The position numbers and the translations under genes were made by a program. Of a stretch of 50,800 bases of DNA, positions 37,804-49,935 are shown piece by piece. Every line of letters starts with the position of its first letter. Position 1 is the stretch's first letter. Source of the DNA: Folioceros fuciformis (Eukaryota). Location of the stretch: contig JBNGIO010005748.1 in NCBI GenBank assembly GCA_049999805.1, positions 1 through 50,800 of the forward strand, read 5' to 3'. The notes under the pieces were generated by a model. It was not told the origin of the DNA and ran no database searches. It saw nothing but the letters and a program-made list of their open reading frames with translations.

Positions 37804-38765
37804 GATTCTTGCGTCCTGCCTGTGGGCCATTCAGTTTCAACATGGGTCTCAAGGTCTACACGCGTGAAGCATGTAGCCGGTTTGTCATTGTCCTTTTACA
37901 AATGACAGGGCTGACGTCCTAGGTTAACACAACTTAGACGATGTAGAAGGAGAGTTGTTTTAGTTAGTATACTCCATATGATCTTCCCTTCTACTGCTTT
38001 TGGCCTCTGACTACTGACTCACGGTCTGCCTCAAGCGCCTGGAGTGAGCTTCCTACTTAGGTTCGTCTCGCACTGGTTGTGTATTTTTTTAATTCAGGCT
38101 CAAACGAGGTTTCCTTCATATGTGCTTTGCAAGCACTTAAGTCCTTCCTGCTCCGGATCCCATAGATGCTCTTTTTCAGTCCTTTCCTTTATCCCACCAG
38201 TGTAACCAACTTCCAATGAAGCTACAGATACCCATGTTACTCTTCCAAGGAAAACTATTGTTATCCATGTCGAGATTTTATGATACATTGCATGGAAGGC
38301 GGCGATACTGCAACCTTTTGTAGAATTATGTTACTGTTTATATAAGTGTTTTTATTGTTTGTAAAATTATGGATAAGCTTCATGTCCTTGTTCCAATGAC
38401 TTAAAGAAGGCCTTGTGTTACGTTTTTTCAAATCAGTCCACATCATCGTTAAATATTGTTAAAAAAATCTTCTCAGTAATATAATATGATATTTAATTCT
38501 TCAAAATAAAACAGAGATGAATATTTTTATGATATTTACTATAAAAAGTACAAGTATCAAAAGAACATATTTTTTATTTAGATATTTAAAATTAATATAA
38601 TCCTGTAAACACTTTGATGATGAAAGATGACAAGTAAATATTTACATTGTAGATACTCAATCATCATAAAATCAATCTCCATTAAGAAGGTCTATGAGTT
38701 AAGCTTAATTAATTGATCATCTAATATTGATTATCACTACATTGCATCACATTTTATGTGTAAAA

Positions 38766-39236
38766 ATGTTGATATCTTCTAGATTAGGTCTCCTATGGGT
38801 TGTTATATGTTATATATGTGCAATACAACACAAAAATGTTTATGCTGAAACTTTTGCAACACCTCCCAATATGACTGAGATATCTTATAGATGCGGATCG
38901 AGAATGTTTTCTAATGATCCTAATAGGGCAATACTAAGAAACACTTTAACACTAATGATTGAAGAAGGACTGTTAAATTATAACAATCGTCTTCCCTTTT
39001 TCTTCACTCCCACTTATAATGATAAAATTTACTTTTGGGGGTTGATCAATTGTTATGAAAACAGTCCATCAATGTTATCGCATTGGCAATGTTTCATGTG
39101 TCTAGAAACTATAAGGGATAGACTACTTGACTTGCTTTGTCCAATTTGTGTTTCCGCACAATATCATGCAGCAGATTGCTTCATGCGCTATTCCTTGATT
39201 CTTCCATATGATTGTTGGATAGTTCCTCCTACTTAG
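38766..39236 (+). CDS. Secreted single-domain Gnk2/DUF26-like cysteine-rich protein
   Basis: Signal-peptide-like start MLISSRLGLLWVVICYICAI; FWGLINC-X12-CFMC..LCPICVSAQYHAADCFMRYS matches the Gnk2 C-terminal half; intronless. Confidence 0.75.
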   Translation: MLISSRLGLLWVVICYICAIQHKNVYAETFATPPNMTEISYRCGSRMFSNDPNRAILRNTLTLMIEEGLLNYNNRLPFFFTPTYNDKIYFWGLINCYENSPSMLSHWQCFMCLETIRDRLLDLLCPICVSAQYHAADCFMRYSLILPYDCWIVPPT

Positions 39237-39814
39237 CAAGTGAGACGCTCAAATATGAATCTGTCATAGTTGAGTCATTGGTCAATTTAAGTATCATGCA
39301 GTACATTTTTTTACCAGTGTATTTTAGTACTCTTATTTTATTTTATTTCTATTATTAATATGTAATATTTTATTATTATTAAACATCATATTTTAAATAG
39401 ATAGTAGTGAAAATAGATTTTTTTTCGTACACATGCACACAAAATGTCAATTTTTCCCCTTTATTCTTAAGTGCTTGTTATAAAAAAGTTTTGGCTTGCA
39501 TACGAGAGCTCTTGTCACACAATTAAGTGTTTACATTCCACTTAATTGAAAGTACAGTGAGAAACTTGAAAACAACCAAGGTAAGTGGTTGTAAGGCTCT
39601 GAAGAACATAGTGGACTATTATGGGTAAAAACTCATCTAATGTGCACACATGCTTAGAGCAGCTTGTATAGAGCAAGGGCAATGTTCAAGAGCTTCGTAA
39701 TAGAAGTCTTTTAAAGTATAAGTTAATAAATATTATGTATGATTTAAATTTATATAATACATAAAAGGTGGGGCACCATGTATTTTGATTCCCCTTGTTA
39801 GGCACTATACAATG

Positions 39815-40315
39815 TTAAGGAACCCAGCACTCCAATGGCTTGAAAAACGAATATCGCAATTGGCAATCAGCTGCAAGGTAGCTAGCTGCATATGCCATTG
39901 GACAAAGACGAATGAGTAGTTCATCACGAATGTATTGAAGACATATCCTACATTGCCATTGTAGTTCCATTGTTTTTGATTTAGGGTAACAATTCACAAG
40001 TCCCCAAAACACAGTCGCACCTACATCATTTTGAACCTCTTCAAAATAAGGAAGGTTTTCATTATAGTTCACAAGAGACATTAGAATCATATTATCAATC
40101 AAGCTTTCTAGTAAAAGTTTCTTAGTTGGATTTGTTGAAGAGCTACATTCACTTGCAATTCTTGTAGTATTTGGAAGATATAGATTTTGTCCATCAACGA
40201 AATTTGAGACTCTAAGATATATGAGCATAGCAACATACTTCAAATGTAGATTATGAAGAACAGTACGTGATTGAACTAACATTGTATATATTATTAGTAG
40301 AATTGTAAATAACAT
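39815..40315 (-). CDS. Secreted single-domain Gnk2/DUF26-like cysteine-rich protein (paralogue)
   Basis: FWGLVNC-X12-CRIC..LCPMAYAASYLAADCQLRYS; hydrophobic N-terminus; intronless; start may be the downstream Met (MLVQSR). Confidence 0.75.
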   Translation of the reverse strand: MLFTILLIIYTMLVQSRTVLHNLHLKYVAMLIYLRVSNFVDGQNLYLPNTTRIASECSSSTNPTKKLLLESLIDNMILMSLVNYNENLPYFEEVQNDVGATVFWGLVNCYPKSKTMELQWQCRICLQYIRDELLIRLCPMAYAASYLAADCQLRYSFFKPLECWVP

Positions 40316-40560
40316 TCAATGCAGTCTCAATATAGTTGGCATTTGTGGTGTTTAATACGTTGTTCTTCTTTAGCAAGAGGTAGATAGATTCCTTACTTCA
40401 TTCTATAAAGTCTCCATACATCTCACTTCAATCATATATTTTTAATTCTTAGTATAGAACTATATATTTGGAATATTAAAATTATATTTTATTAGTTTCA
40501 TATCACCTAAATCTATTCTAAATATGTATTTTAAGATTATAAATTAGGAAAAATCTAATT

Positions 40561-40563
<3 letters not shown>

Positions 40564-40602
<39 letters not shown>
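40564..40602. repeat. (TA)n microsatellite
   Basis: Direct reading. Confidence 0.95.
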
Positions 40603-40606
<4 letters not shown>

Positions 40607-43289
40607 ATCAACATGTAAAAACATCTTAATTTTCTAAATTTCAAAGCGTGACAATACTTATAATCTAGTAGTTGGAGAAAATCCTTTTCGATCCTAATAT
40701 ATATATACAAGAATGGTTGCATGAGTAATGGTTTGTGGTAACTCAACTTGCTTTATTGCATGTCAACATTGATATCAATAACAAAGCATAAAGTGAAACC
40801 GAAGGTACTCCTAATTAATAAGATTGTTGTTAAAGCCCAAAGCCCTACTACTGAGTATTTGTCAATAAAGGTATATTGCTTAGCATTGAATATTCTTACT
40901 CTACATTTCATTGAGATGTAAAATTTTGATTGTTTGGACCTTTTGTATCTTAGCGAGCTTAAGAAAGTAGGATGGTAAGCATGGGGCTATAAGTTGGTGA
41001 TCATCGAACTTGCCTTATTACATATATGATCTTTGAGAAGCATAAGCATATGACTTAAGGTATTGCTATGAAATCAAGTCCCAATTGCCTAGGTACCCAC
41101 TCATTAGAGCGATATGAAGTTTCTTACTCTACATTTCATTTCGTGTGGAAAAGGAATATTATTTTTCTCTTTTACGAAAAATATTCCTCTTTTAGCGAGG
41201 CTAAGAAAGCAAGCTTTCATTTATTTATTGCTTCTAGTATATGGTATGTAATCATTGCATAACATATAATATTTTCAAGTCTTGTATTTTTAAATTTGTA
41301 ATTGTCATGCTTTGTTGTATATATGATAAAGAGGGATCCCTCGCTACGCACAAAGAGGCAAAGATTGCATATATATTAGAGTATCGCAATCATATTTTGT
41401 CGAACTTGTAAAATGGTAAATTATTGTTTTACTGCTTCCCATTTATTCATTCTCATTGTCAACTTGGGGCCAATTGCAAGTTTCACAGAGGACCTGACCC
41501 TGCTGGTTCGCAAGGAGATGGCCTGGGTGATAATCAAAGGAGACCTTTAGGCTAACATGAGCAAGAACCCACATGTGATCAGGCAAATATGTCTTCGTTC
41601 GAAATGTGGGGTCCCCTAGGAAGAAAAACACTATAGATGTTGGACGAGACAAGAGGCTACTATTTGATGTGCCTTGCACATGGTAGGGAAGCTAGAGAGT
41701 AATATGACTGTAATAAAAAAAATCAATTTCTAGAAAGGGCATATGAAGGTACTTCTATTTGTAAACAATTGTCAGCGCACGTCCTTCACTATGCTAACTT
41801 CTTTGAGAACAAGGAGGGGGTGTTTGTAGTGCTAGAAGTGAGAGATGTGATAGTCCACGCATACCAGTGTGCGGGAGCTCAGAAAAGCTTTGCGTTCGTT
41901 GCAAGCTAGGAATATGCCTACTTGTTTGCACCTCGATCTTTGCAAATGCCAATAAATATGGAGGTGTTTCACTCGCATGGAGAATCATTGTTTTCATTTT
42001 ACTGAAGATAGTGGAGGGCCCAATCTAGTTAGTTTAGTAGTCTTTAACCACTGTCATGGCGATGCGATTATGTTTGTATGCAAGTGGGCTATTTTTTAGT
42101 TTTAGAGAAAAATGTGCCCACTTGTTGTTTTGTGTTTCAGTATTTGCCCATTTGGCAATGTTGTTTTTTTTCTGGCCTGTCCCACGTTACGCAAGCAAGC
42201 ATGAATATAGACGAATTTGATAAAAAGTTTTTTAGCTAGCTAGAATGCCTCAGCAGAAGACCCCTGTAGACACCTTGCACAAGACGTGTCACTATGGCTG
42301 TGTCCCCATGCAGTGACGGTGAAGAGGTTCTACCTTCAACATCAACTTTCTGTTAGTGTTCCTCAGGATTTTTGTAAGGCACAGGGCACTTTTCGTCCAG
42401 CAAAAGCGTCGCTTACATTTGTAGCTAACCACAATAACATCATTCGAGTCCATTTCCCGAAACAAACAAGCCTTGGACATGTAGTTGGTGTGGTGAGGCT
42501 CTTTCACTCTCCATCCAAACCCTACACTCCATGTGGTAGCGTACTACATATGGTTGACTACAAGAGTAAATGGAATCTAACAGGTGGATTACTCCAAGAG
42601 AAGGCTATATGAGCAAGAGACTTACTTGGTGCTGAAACATGGGTAGGGAACTATCAATCTAGGGATTTAAAAAACTAGCTCCGCTTTGAAATCAGTATTC
42701 GTAGATGGGAAAAAACTAGTTCTGTCGTGGCCAGTGACTATGTGGGTATGCCACAACTTGTAATTTTGCATCAAGACAACCTTGCTCTAATGCATTTATG
42801 ACAATTGGACACAAAGAAGCGTAAACAACATGCCAAAAACGACGTCAGCATAAGCAATCATGTGGTTGCCATAACATGATTTGGACTTCAGTGTATAAGC
42901 CCCTTGCATTCAGTAGTGAAAGAAAACTTGTTCATTTGAATGGACACTAGGCATTGTAAATAAGGAAGATTATCAATAAGGGAATATCTTGGAGAGGCCT
43001 CATCTTATACTCACATCGACTTGGTTTTAAAGAGATCTCAAACTTGCTCAAAGTTACTTGCCTACAGTTGAATTGCCCATCCACATTACACAAAGTATAC
43101 TTCGATATTGTGGTCACTTATGTCTAACACAAACAATACATTGTCACACATATTCATGCTACATATTCCCTCATTTCTACATCCTCTTCCTACATTGCCT
43201 TAGTATGTCTTTCATGTTTATATTCTTTTTTAGTACGTCTTCTCGCACTTTTGCAAGACATGCCATGATTGTTCCCCTCAGCACTTTTA

Positions 43290-43812
43290 TGACCCTACTT
43301 GTTCAAAATCTTGAAATCTTATATCTTTGAGGACTCCTAGAATCAAGCTTTCTTTTGAGTGACTTTTTCAAGTTGAAGACAAAGTCTAGAGTCTAGATGT
43401 ACGTTTAGATTGGTGAATGAGGAGAAAACCTTTGAGAGCCCATACCTATCCATGTACTTGTTCGAAATTACCATCTTATATCTTTGAACAGCTCTTGAAT
43501 CAACTTAATTTTCCCTTTTTCTTTAAGACAAAGTGTGATATCTAAGAATAACATACAAAGTGAAGCTATAGATTTAGACTGGTTGATTAACAGCAAAACT
43601 TTTGAGGCTTCTTATCTATCCATTACTCGTCCAAAAATTGTAAAGCCTTTTACCTTTAAATAACACTTGAAACAGGCTTTCTTTTAAATGCCCTTTCCAC
43701 TTTTAAACAAAGTATAGAGTCTTGAAGTTGCATACAAAGTTGTAGTTCTAAAGTACAATTTGGTGATCAAGGTAGAAGTACAATTTGGTGATCAAGGAAA
43801 AAAACTTTGAGC
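43290..43812. repeat. Diverged ~160-180-bp tandem repeat, ~3 copies
   Basis: Recurring blocks tatctttga..aatcaa, acaaagt..agtct, gattggtga and aaaac(c/t)tttgag at roughly 170-bp spacing. Confidence 0.6.
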
Positions 43813-43825
43813 TTGAGAGGTTGAT

Positions 43826-44460
43826 GTTGCTCAACTCACCCTCTCTTAAAAGTCCGTTGACTTTGCTCAACTCANNNNNNNNNNTCACCCTCTCTCAAAA
43901 GCCCTTTGACTATGCTCAACTCACCCTCTCTCCAGAGTCCCATTGACTATGCTCAACTCACCCTCTCTCAAGAGCCAATTGACCCTCATCAACTCACCTT
44001 CTCTTTGACACCCTCTCTCCCAACCTCAAGAACACATTGAACGTGCTTAGCTCACCCTGTCCCCCAACCTCAAGGGCTTGTTGACCCTACTTAGCTCACC
44101 CTTTCCCCCTACCTCAAGAGCCCGTTGACCCTACTTAGCTCACCCTCTCCCCCAATCTCAAGAGCTTGTTGACCCTGCTTACCTCACCATCTTTCCCAAT
44201 CTCAAGAGTTTGTTGACCCTACTTAGCTCACCCTCTCCCCCAATCTCAAGAGCCTATTGACCCTGCTTACCTCACCCTCTCCCCAACCTCAAGAGCTCGT
44301 TGACCCTACTTAGCTCACTTCCTCCACTCCCTCCACTAATCTTAGGATCTTGTTGACCCTACATATCTCACTCTCTCCTCACCCTCCACTAACCTTAGGA
44401 TCTTGTTGACCCTATTTAGCTCACCCCAACCTCAAGAGCCCATTGACTTTGCTCATCCCA
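43826..44460. repeat. Minisatellite array of ~36-41-bp related units (ttgaccctacttagctcaccctctcccccaacctcaagagc), with a 10-N gap at 43875-43884
   Basis: About 15 diverged copies visible. Confidence 0.9.
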
Positions 44461-45184
44461 AGCTCCCTCCATTGCAACTTATGAAAGAGGGGATAATAAC
44501 ACCAATTAATTACTTGGAATTTCCCTTAGACCAATTAGCAACAAGAATGCACGATGTTGATGTTCTTGTTGTGCAAATTGAAGTAGCTTCTTTTACTCAC
44601 ACTTTCTCGATAACCATTTAGAGCATTCGTGGAATCAAATTCCATGATTTGGAAATTTTCACTACTCGTACAAGTGAACATTATTGGCTCTAAATCTTGA
44701 ACCTAAACCATGGAAAAAGGTTATGAACTGTAAACATCAAAACTTGGGTACACGACTGCATTGCCAACTAATGGTCGTCCTGAAGACTACAATCACTCTC
44801 TCCAAGGATCTCTTATTTCATTTCACTTGCAACCTAAACACATGGAGCTCCACTTCCACTTTTAAACTAAAGCCCTCCACATGGTGCTCCACTTCCACTT
44901 TTAAACCAGAGTTCTCCTAGAATTAAACAATGTATGCACTAAGAATATTATATAATTTTATCTATAAAATTATTTATTTTAAATTCTTTCTCTTAGGATG
45001 AGCCCTTTTTCCATAGGGAAAGGGAAAATGGTTTGGAAATCAAAATCAACTGGTACTGAGGGAGAAAAAAGAAAGACTACTCGATTTTCGAGAGTATCCT
45101 TGGATGGCCTTCCCAGGTGCCTTCGCACATACATTAATGTACATACTTTTGCGCACAGAGAATAAGGAGCGTTTTCAGCTTGAC

Positions 45185-45722
45185 TCATTCAACACTGAGT
45201 GCCTTGAAGTACTTGCGATCCACTAAGAAGGAGCCCACAGCAAATCGCACTGCCCACACATCCTTCGGTCTCCTGTCAATTATCCTTCAACACCCGGCAC
45301 AAATTTTCATCGTCACACTTCAGTTGCACGCAGCGGGTTGGCAGACGGGGGAAGCAGGGTAGTGAGACCAACCTCCCAGCATCTCCCGGTTTGATCAGTC
45401 CCTTATTCACCCGCATCATGGGCATGGGTTCTGCGGTCTTCAACATCGGAGGCTGCTCCACAATCACAATGGGGCTCCCGACCTTCAAGTTCTCATCGCC
45501 CTGCTGAGCCCTAGCAAAGCCTGTCGTCCCAGTCACAGACTGGCCAGGCCACCAGTGACACTCCGAGCGTCGCCTGAGGGCTCTCAGGCTCGCCTCTGAT
45601 CCCCGCACCTCTTTCCCGATTCTGAAGCCTGGCCTTGACAATACCGCCGAATCCGTACAGCTAAATCCACGTCGTGATGACAGGGAACAAGATGCAGCAT
45701 ACGTGCACATGACCATAGACAT
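45185..45722 (-). CDS. CRR42: CHLORORESPIRATORY REDUCTION 42 (DUF3148/SipA-like NDH assembly factor), 2 exons
   Basis: Transit-peptide-like start; LKVGSPIVIVEQPPMLKTAEPMPMMRVNKGLIKPGDAGR|IIDRRPKDVWAVRFAVGSFLVDRKYFKAL; exons 45722-45373 and 45284-45185. Confidence 0.88.
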
Positions 45723-45925
45723 TTTGAGCTGGAAGGACTCAGCTAAGCTTGTACCCACAGTTGCTGTGACCTAGCGGTTTGGAAAGTGGACGTACATATG
45801 TACCAGGGACTGTGCGAGATTGATTAGGTCTAGTGGGCGAGCGAGTTGAGTGCAGCTCCAGGATCTCTAAGGGAAGTCCTTGCTGGAATGTAGCCAAACG
45901 TTGGATTGATTCCTGGTTGCGAATC

Positions 45926-48890
45926 ATGCCGTCCAAGGATCGTGTTGCATACTTCTACGATGGTGAGCCTTCCTGCGTGGCGGAATTTCTCATGCTGTGC
46001 TACAGAGTTTGTATTCGTCCTGGGCATGGAGCTTGTGGGGAAGGATTGTCACTGCTCTCGCCTGTGCGAGCTGTTATGGTCTGAAATTACATCGTTGCGC
46101 AGGAGACATCGGTGGTATTTACTACGGCCCGAATCATCCGATGAAGCCACATCGATTGTGCATGACGCATCACCTTGTTCTCGCTTACGATCTCCATCTC
46201 AAGATGGAAATATATGTAAGTTGACTGTTATGCGAGCAGGATTCTAGCACTTCGGATGCCGCTTCCACTTTAAGTTAATCTCAAGTCTCTGTATCTCTTT
46301 CGGCAGAGGCCTCACAGAGCAGATCCCATGGAGTTAGCGCAATTTCATTCATCTGACTACGTGGAGTTTCTACATCGAATCACACCCGATCATGTCGATC
46401 GGTATGAAAAGGAGCTGCAGAAATGTATTCTTCCCACCTCGTCAGTTGTGGTAGAAGGACATTGCTCTGGAGGCTTGTTTTCTCCTTTTGAAATAAAAAT
46501 AAAAATCTGAAGATGGTTGTGTTCTTCGATGGATAGTTGCTGCTAGTCTTTGTTTCTGTTCTGTTTTTCTGTTTTACACGGGGTAGGACCATATTGTATT
46601 TTTGCAGATAATCTGGGGCCGGGACATGACAGTCCAGTATTTGACAACTTGTTTGAGTTTTGTCAAATGTATGCTGGTGGGACAATCGGTAGGTCCTGGT
46701 CTTGCTTGACCTCTTCACCGTGTAGGGAAATATTGTATGTTTGCAGATAATATGGGCGAGGATTGTCCAGTGTTTGACAACTTGTTTGAGTTTTGTCAGA
46801 TTTATGCTGGTGGGACAATCGGTATGTAGTGATATTGTTTGTACTGGGCATCATGTGACATATATCCTTGCTCTCACAGACAGCTAACTTCCTTTCTGCA
46901 GTGACGTAAGAGCAGTTAGTAATGTTCCCCTGCTCTATTGGTCAGATGCTGCTCGCAGGTTAAACAATCAGTCTTGTGATATTGCGATAAATTGGGCTGG
47001 TGGGCTGCATCACGCTAAGAAGTGCGAGGCATCTGGCTTCTGCTATGTCAATGATCTGGTGCTCGGAATCTTGGAGCTACTTAAGTATTTTGCACGGGTT
47101 CTATATATCGACATTGACATTCACCATGGGGATGGTGTTGAGGAAGCTTTCTATCTCACTGACAGGTATGTTGCTGTGGAGGAATCTCATGGCAGATTGG
47201 TCTCAGTTAGTTTCAGCACTGATTTTTGCCCTGGAATGTTAGCCAAGACCTGAGTTTAATTCTCATGCAAGTACTCGACCTCCTTGTCTCAGGGTAATGA
47301 CTGTCAGTTTTCACAAATACGGAGATTTCTTTTTCCCTGGTACTGGCGACGTGAAAGTAAGTCTAGCATACGGTTGCAGGGTTTTCGTTTTTCCATGCTA
47401 TGAGACGTAGCACTTTGACTGATCCAAAGATGTCCTCCAATAGTGGGTCTCTGATTGTCAGTTGTGCCTAACAGGACATTGGATCACAAGATGGGAAATA
47501 TTATGCAGTAAATGTGCCCTTGAAAGATGGCATTGATGACAAAGGCTTCAAGCAGATGTTTGAAGCAGTGAGTCAGTCTCCTCCTTGGGTCTTCTCTACA
47601 TAACTGTGGAATGGACTTCTCGCTTGTTTACTTTATGACACTTCCCTTCATCTTTTTGTCTGGTTGCAGCTGCCATTGGGTAGCTGTTCTTGAGGAAAGC
47701 AACTTTCGCCGACTCTATATTTTGAGATGCTGAATAAAGAATGGGCAACTGTCAGCGCAGGTAATTTCCAAGGTGGTTGAAATGTATCAACCGGGGGCCA
47801 TTGTTCTTCAGTGCGGGGCAGATTCACTAGCTGGGGACCGACTTGGTTGCTTCAATCTTTCTATAGACGGTACCTAAATCCGTTTTGTTTTCTTGCAGAT
47901 GAACTTCTGTAAGTCCATACCATCATTTCTTTTTACTATTTCTTATAGGCGAGCTGGTCAGTTGGAGTTGTTATGCCTTTGACTGTAGGTCATTCTGAAT
48001 GTGTGAAGTATGTGAAGAAGCTCAACATACCGCTGCTGGTGATTATGCTGATATCTGGCATTTCCTAATACTCCCCGTTATACCTAGTCCTTCTGTTGTT
48101 GTATCGCTTGCTATATTTCCTCAGAATATCTGGCATTGTTCTAGGTGACTGGAGGTGGAGGGTACACAAAGGAGAATGTCGCCCGCTGCTGGACAGTGGA
48201 GACAGGAGCGCTAGTTGATACACAGCTTTCAGACAGTAGGACCTCCTCACTCTGCAGGAGCTGAACTCTTTTGGAAAGTGCTCAGGAGGCCATACGTTCA
48301 CTAACCCGTTATCTCATGCAGACATCCCAGACAACGACTACCTGAAGTACTTCAAGCCTGACTACACGCTCAAAGTCAATCCCGGGAATCACATGGTGAA
48401 TTCTCTGTTTAGCCTGTTCTTTACGCTCAGTGCGTGCTTTTCTCAATGTTTTGTGTTTGTTGTGCAGGAGAACCTGAATAGCGTTAAGTACCTCAGTAGT
48501 ATCCAGAGGCAGGTCCTTGAGAATCTGAGGAGCCTAGCACATGCCCCGAGTGTGCAAATGCAGGAGGTTTTTCCCGCAACCTTGGCCGCTAGTTTTGCGA
48601 GGTATGAGTATTGTTCTTAAACTTTGCGTGATGGGTGCAGCTGCCTCCGGACACCTGGTTCCCAGAGTTTGACGAGGATGAGACTAACCCCGATGAGCGC
48701 ATCAACCGTAAGTTGCGGCGCATGTTCTTCATTCATAGTTTGAAGTGCTGTCGGTGAAAATTCTGTAATTTTTTTAACTGGGACAGTTATGTCTTTTGCA
48801 GAGCATGTTCAAGATAAGCATGTTCAACGGGACGACGAGTACTTCGATGGAGACAATGACAACGACCATGAAATGGAGGATGCTGGGTGA
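45926..48890 (+). CDS. HDA9: Class I RPD3-type histone deacetylase, HDA9/HDAC3 clade, multi-exon
   Basis: [101 protein letters not shown], end [20 protein letters not shown] (TGA 48888-48890). Confidence 0.96.
46608..46821 (+). other. HDA9: Tandemly duplicated HDA9 exon pair: A 46608-46688 (81 nt) and B 46747-46821 (75 nt)
   Basis: Both flanked by ttgcag| and |gta, both phase 1-1. A encodes [28 protein letters not shown] encodes [25 protein letters not shown]. Confidence 0.9.
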
Positions 48891-49778
48891 TGAGAACGAA
48901 GTTTGTTTTGCTCTCACGAACGATTGAACTTGAGAATGTGAACGGTTCATCAGCATCTGCGTCGTGGGATGGGCAAATTCTTCCTTTTTCCTTTTTCCTG
49001 CCATGCATTCGAGCTTCTACGCGTTGTCACCTCGTCTTCATGTTTTAAGTAGAAGACGTCGTCAACGTTCAATGGAACCCTTGTATTCAACCTTGTGTTT
49101 CATCTACTTGGACTCTAATATTATCAAGTTTTCGTGTCCGACGTCCAGGGTAGAATCCATTTTAGGTCAGTGGAATGGCCTGTTGAGTAGCCTGGTCCTT
49201 GACTAACGGACAACCACACTCTGTTGGTTTCATCGTACTCTGTCGGTGTACGGATGTTTTCATCAGCCTCAAGTTCACTATGTGGCAAAACACTTGGGTT
49301 CAATGTCTTCGGTTGGACGTGTGGGAAGCCCAAACTCCTCCTGTTGTGACGTGTGTGGAGTTTGTTTGAGAAAATTGTGAAGCCTGTGGTGGACTATTTT
49401 TCAACTACAACAAATATGTGCATTTTCACACACGGCTCCTCAACTCGTTGCGAAGAAATGAGCGGCTGTGGCTCTCCGCTGTCAGGATGGTAAGTGCGGT
49501 TTTAAGTGTGACATCGAACGGCTGGCCAGCTGTGAGGATGATCAAGCGTTGCCACTGTTGGTAATGCTTGTAAGAGTGGATTAGCTGATTATCATCGAAA
49601 TCCAAAATAATTAAAAATATTTAATAATTAATATAATATAATTATACCATGCAAGGTGGTGTATTGTTGTACTTTGGAAGAAACCCGGTATCACTGCTCA
49701 TTCAGCTAAGTTTTTCTTTGGAGAAGTTTGTATAAGAATCAATAGTAGCAAGCTCAATCAAGTATGAGTAGCGATAAA

Positions 49779-49935
49779 CAAAGGTCTAGGAAAACTAAGG
49801 TGTTAAAGTAGCTAGTCCTTGCACACACCAAAGGTCTAGGAAACGTAAGGTGTTAAAGTCGATAGTCCTTGCACACACCAAAGGTCTAGGGAAACTAACT
49901 TGTGTTAAGGTAGATAGGTCTTGCACACACCAAAA
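49779..49935. repeat. About 50-bp tandem repeat x3
   Basis: caaaggtctagg..taaggtgttaaagt..tagtccttgcacacacca units at ~49780, 49829 and 49879. Confidence 0.88.

Noticed and set aside
45185-45722. Initial idea that this gene is NdhS or NdhO
   Set aside because: The KTAEPMPMMR..GRIIDRRP..WAVRF motif fits DUF3148/CRR42; NdhS motifs such as VLFEGGNWD are absent.
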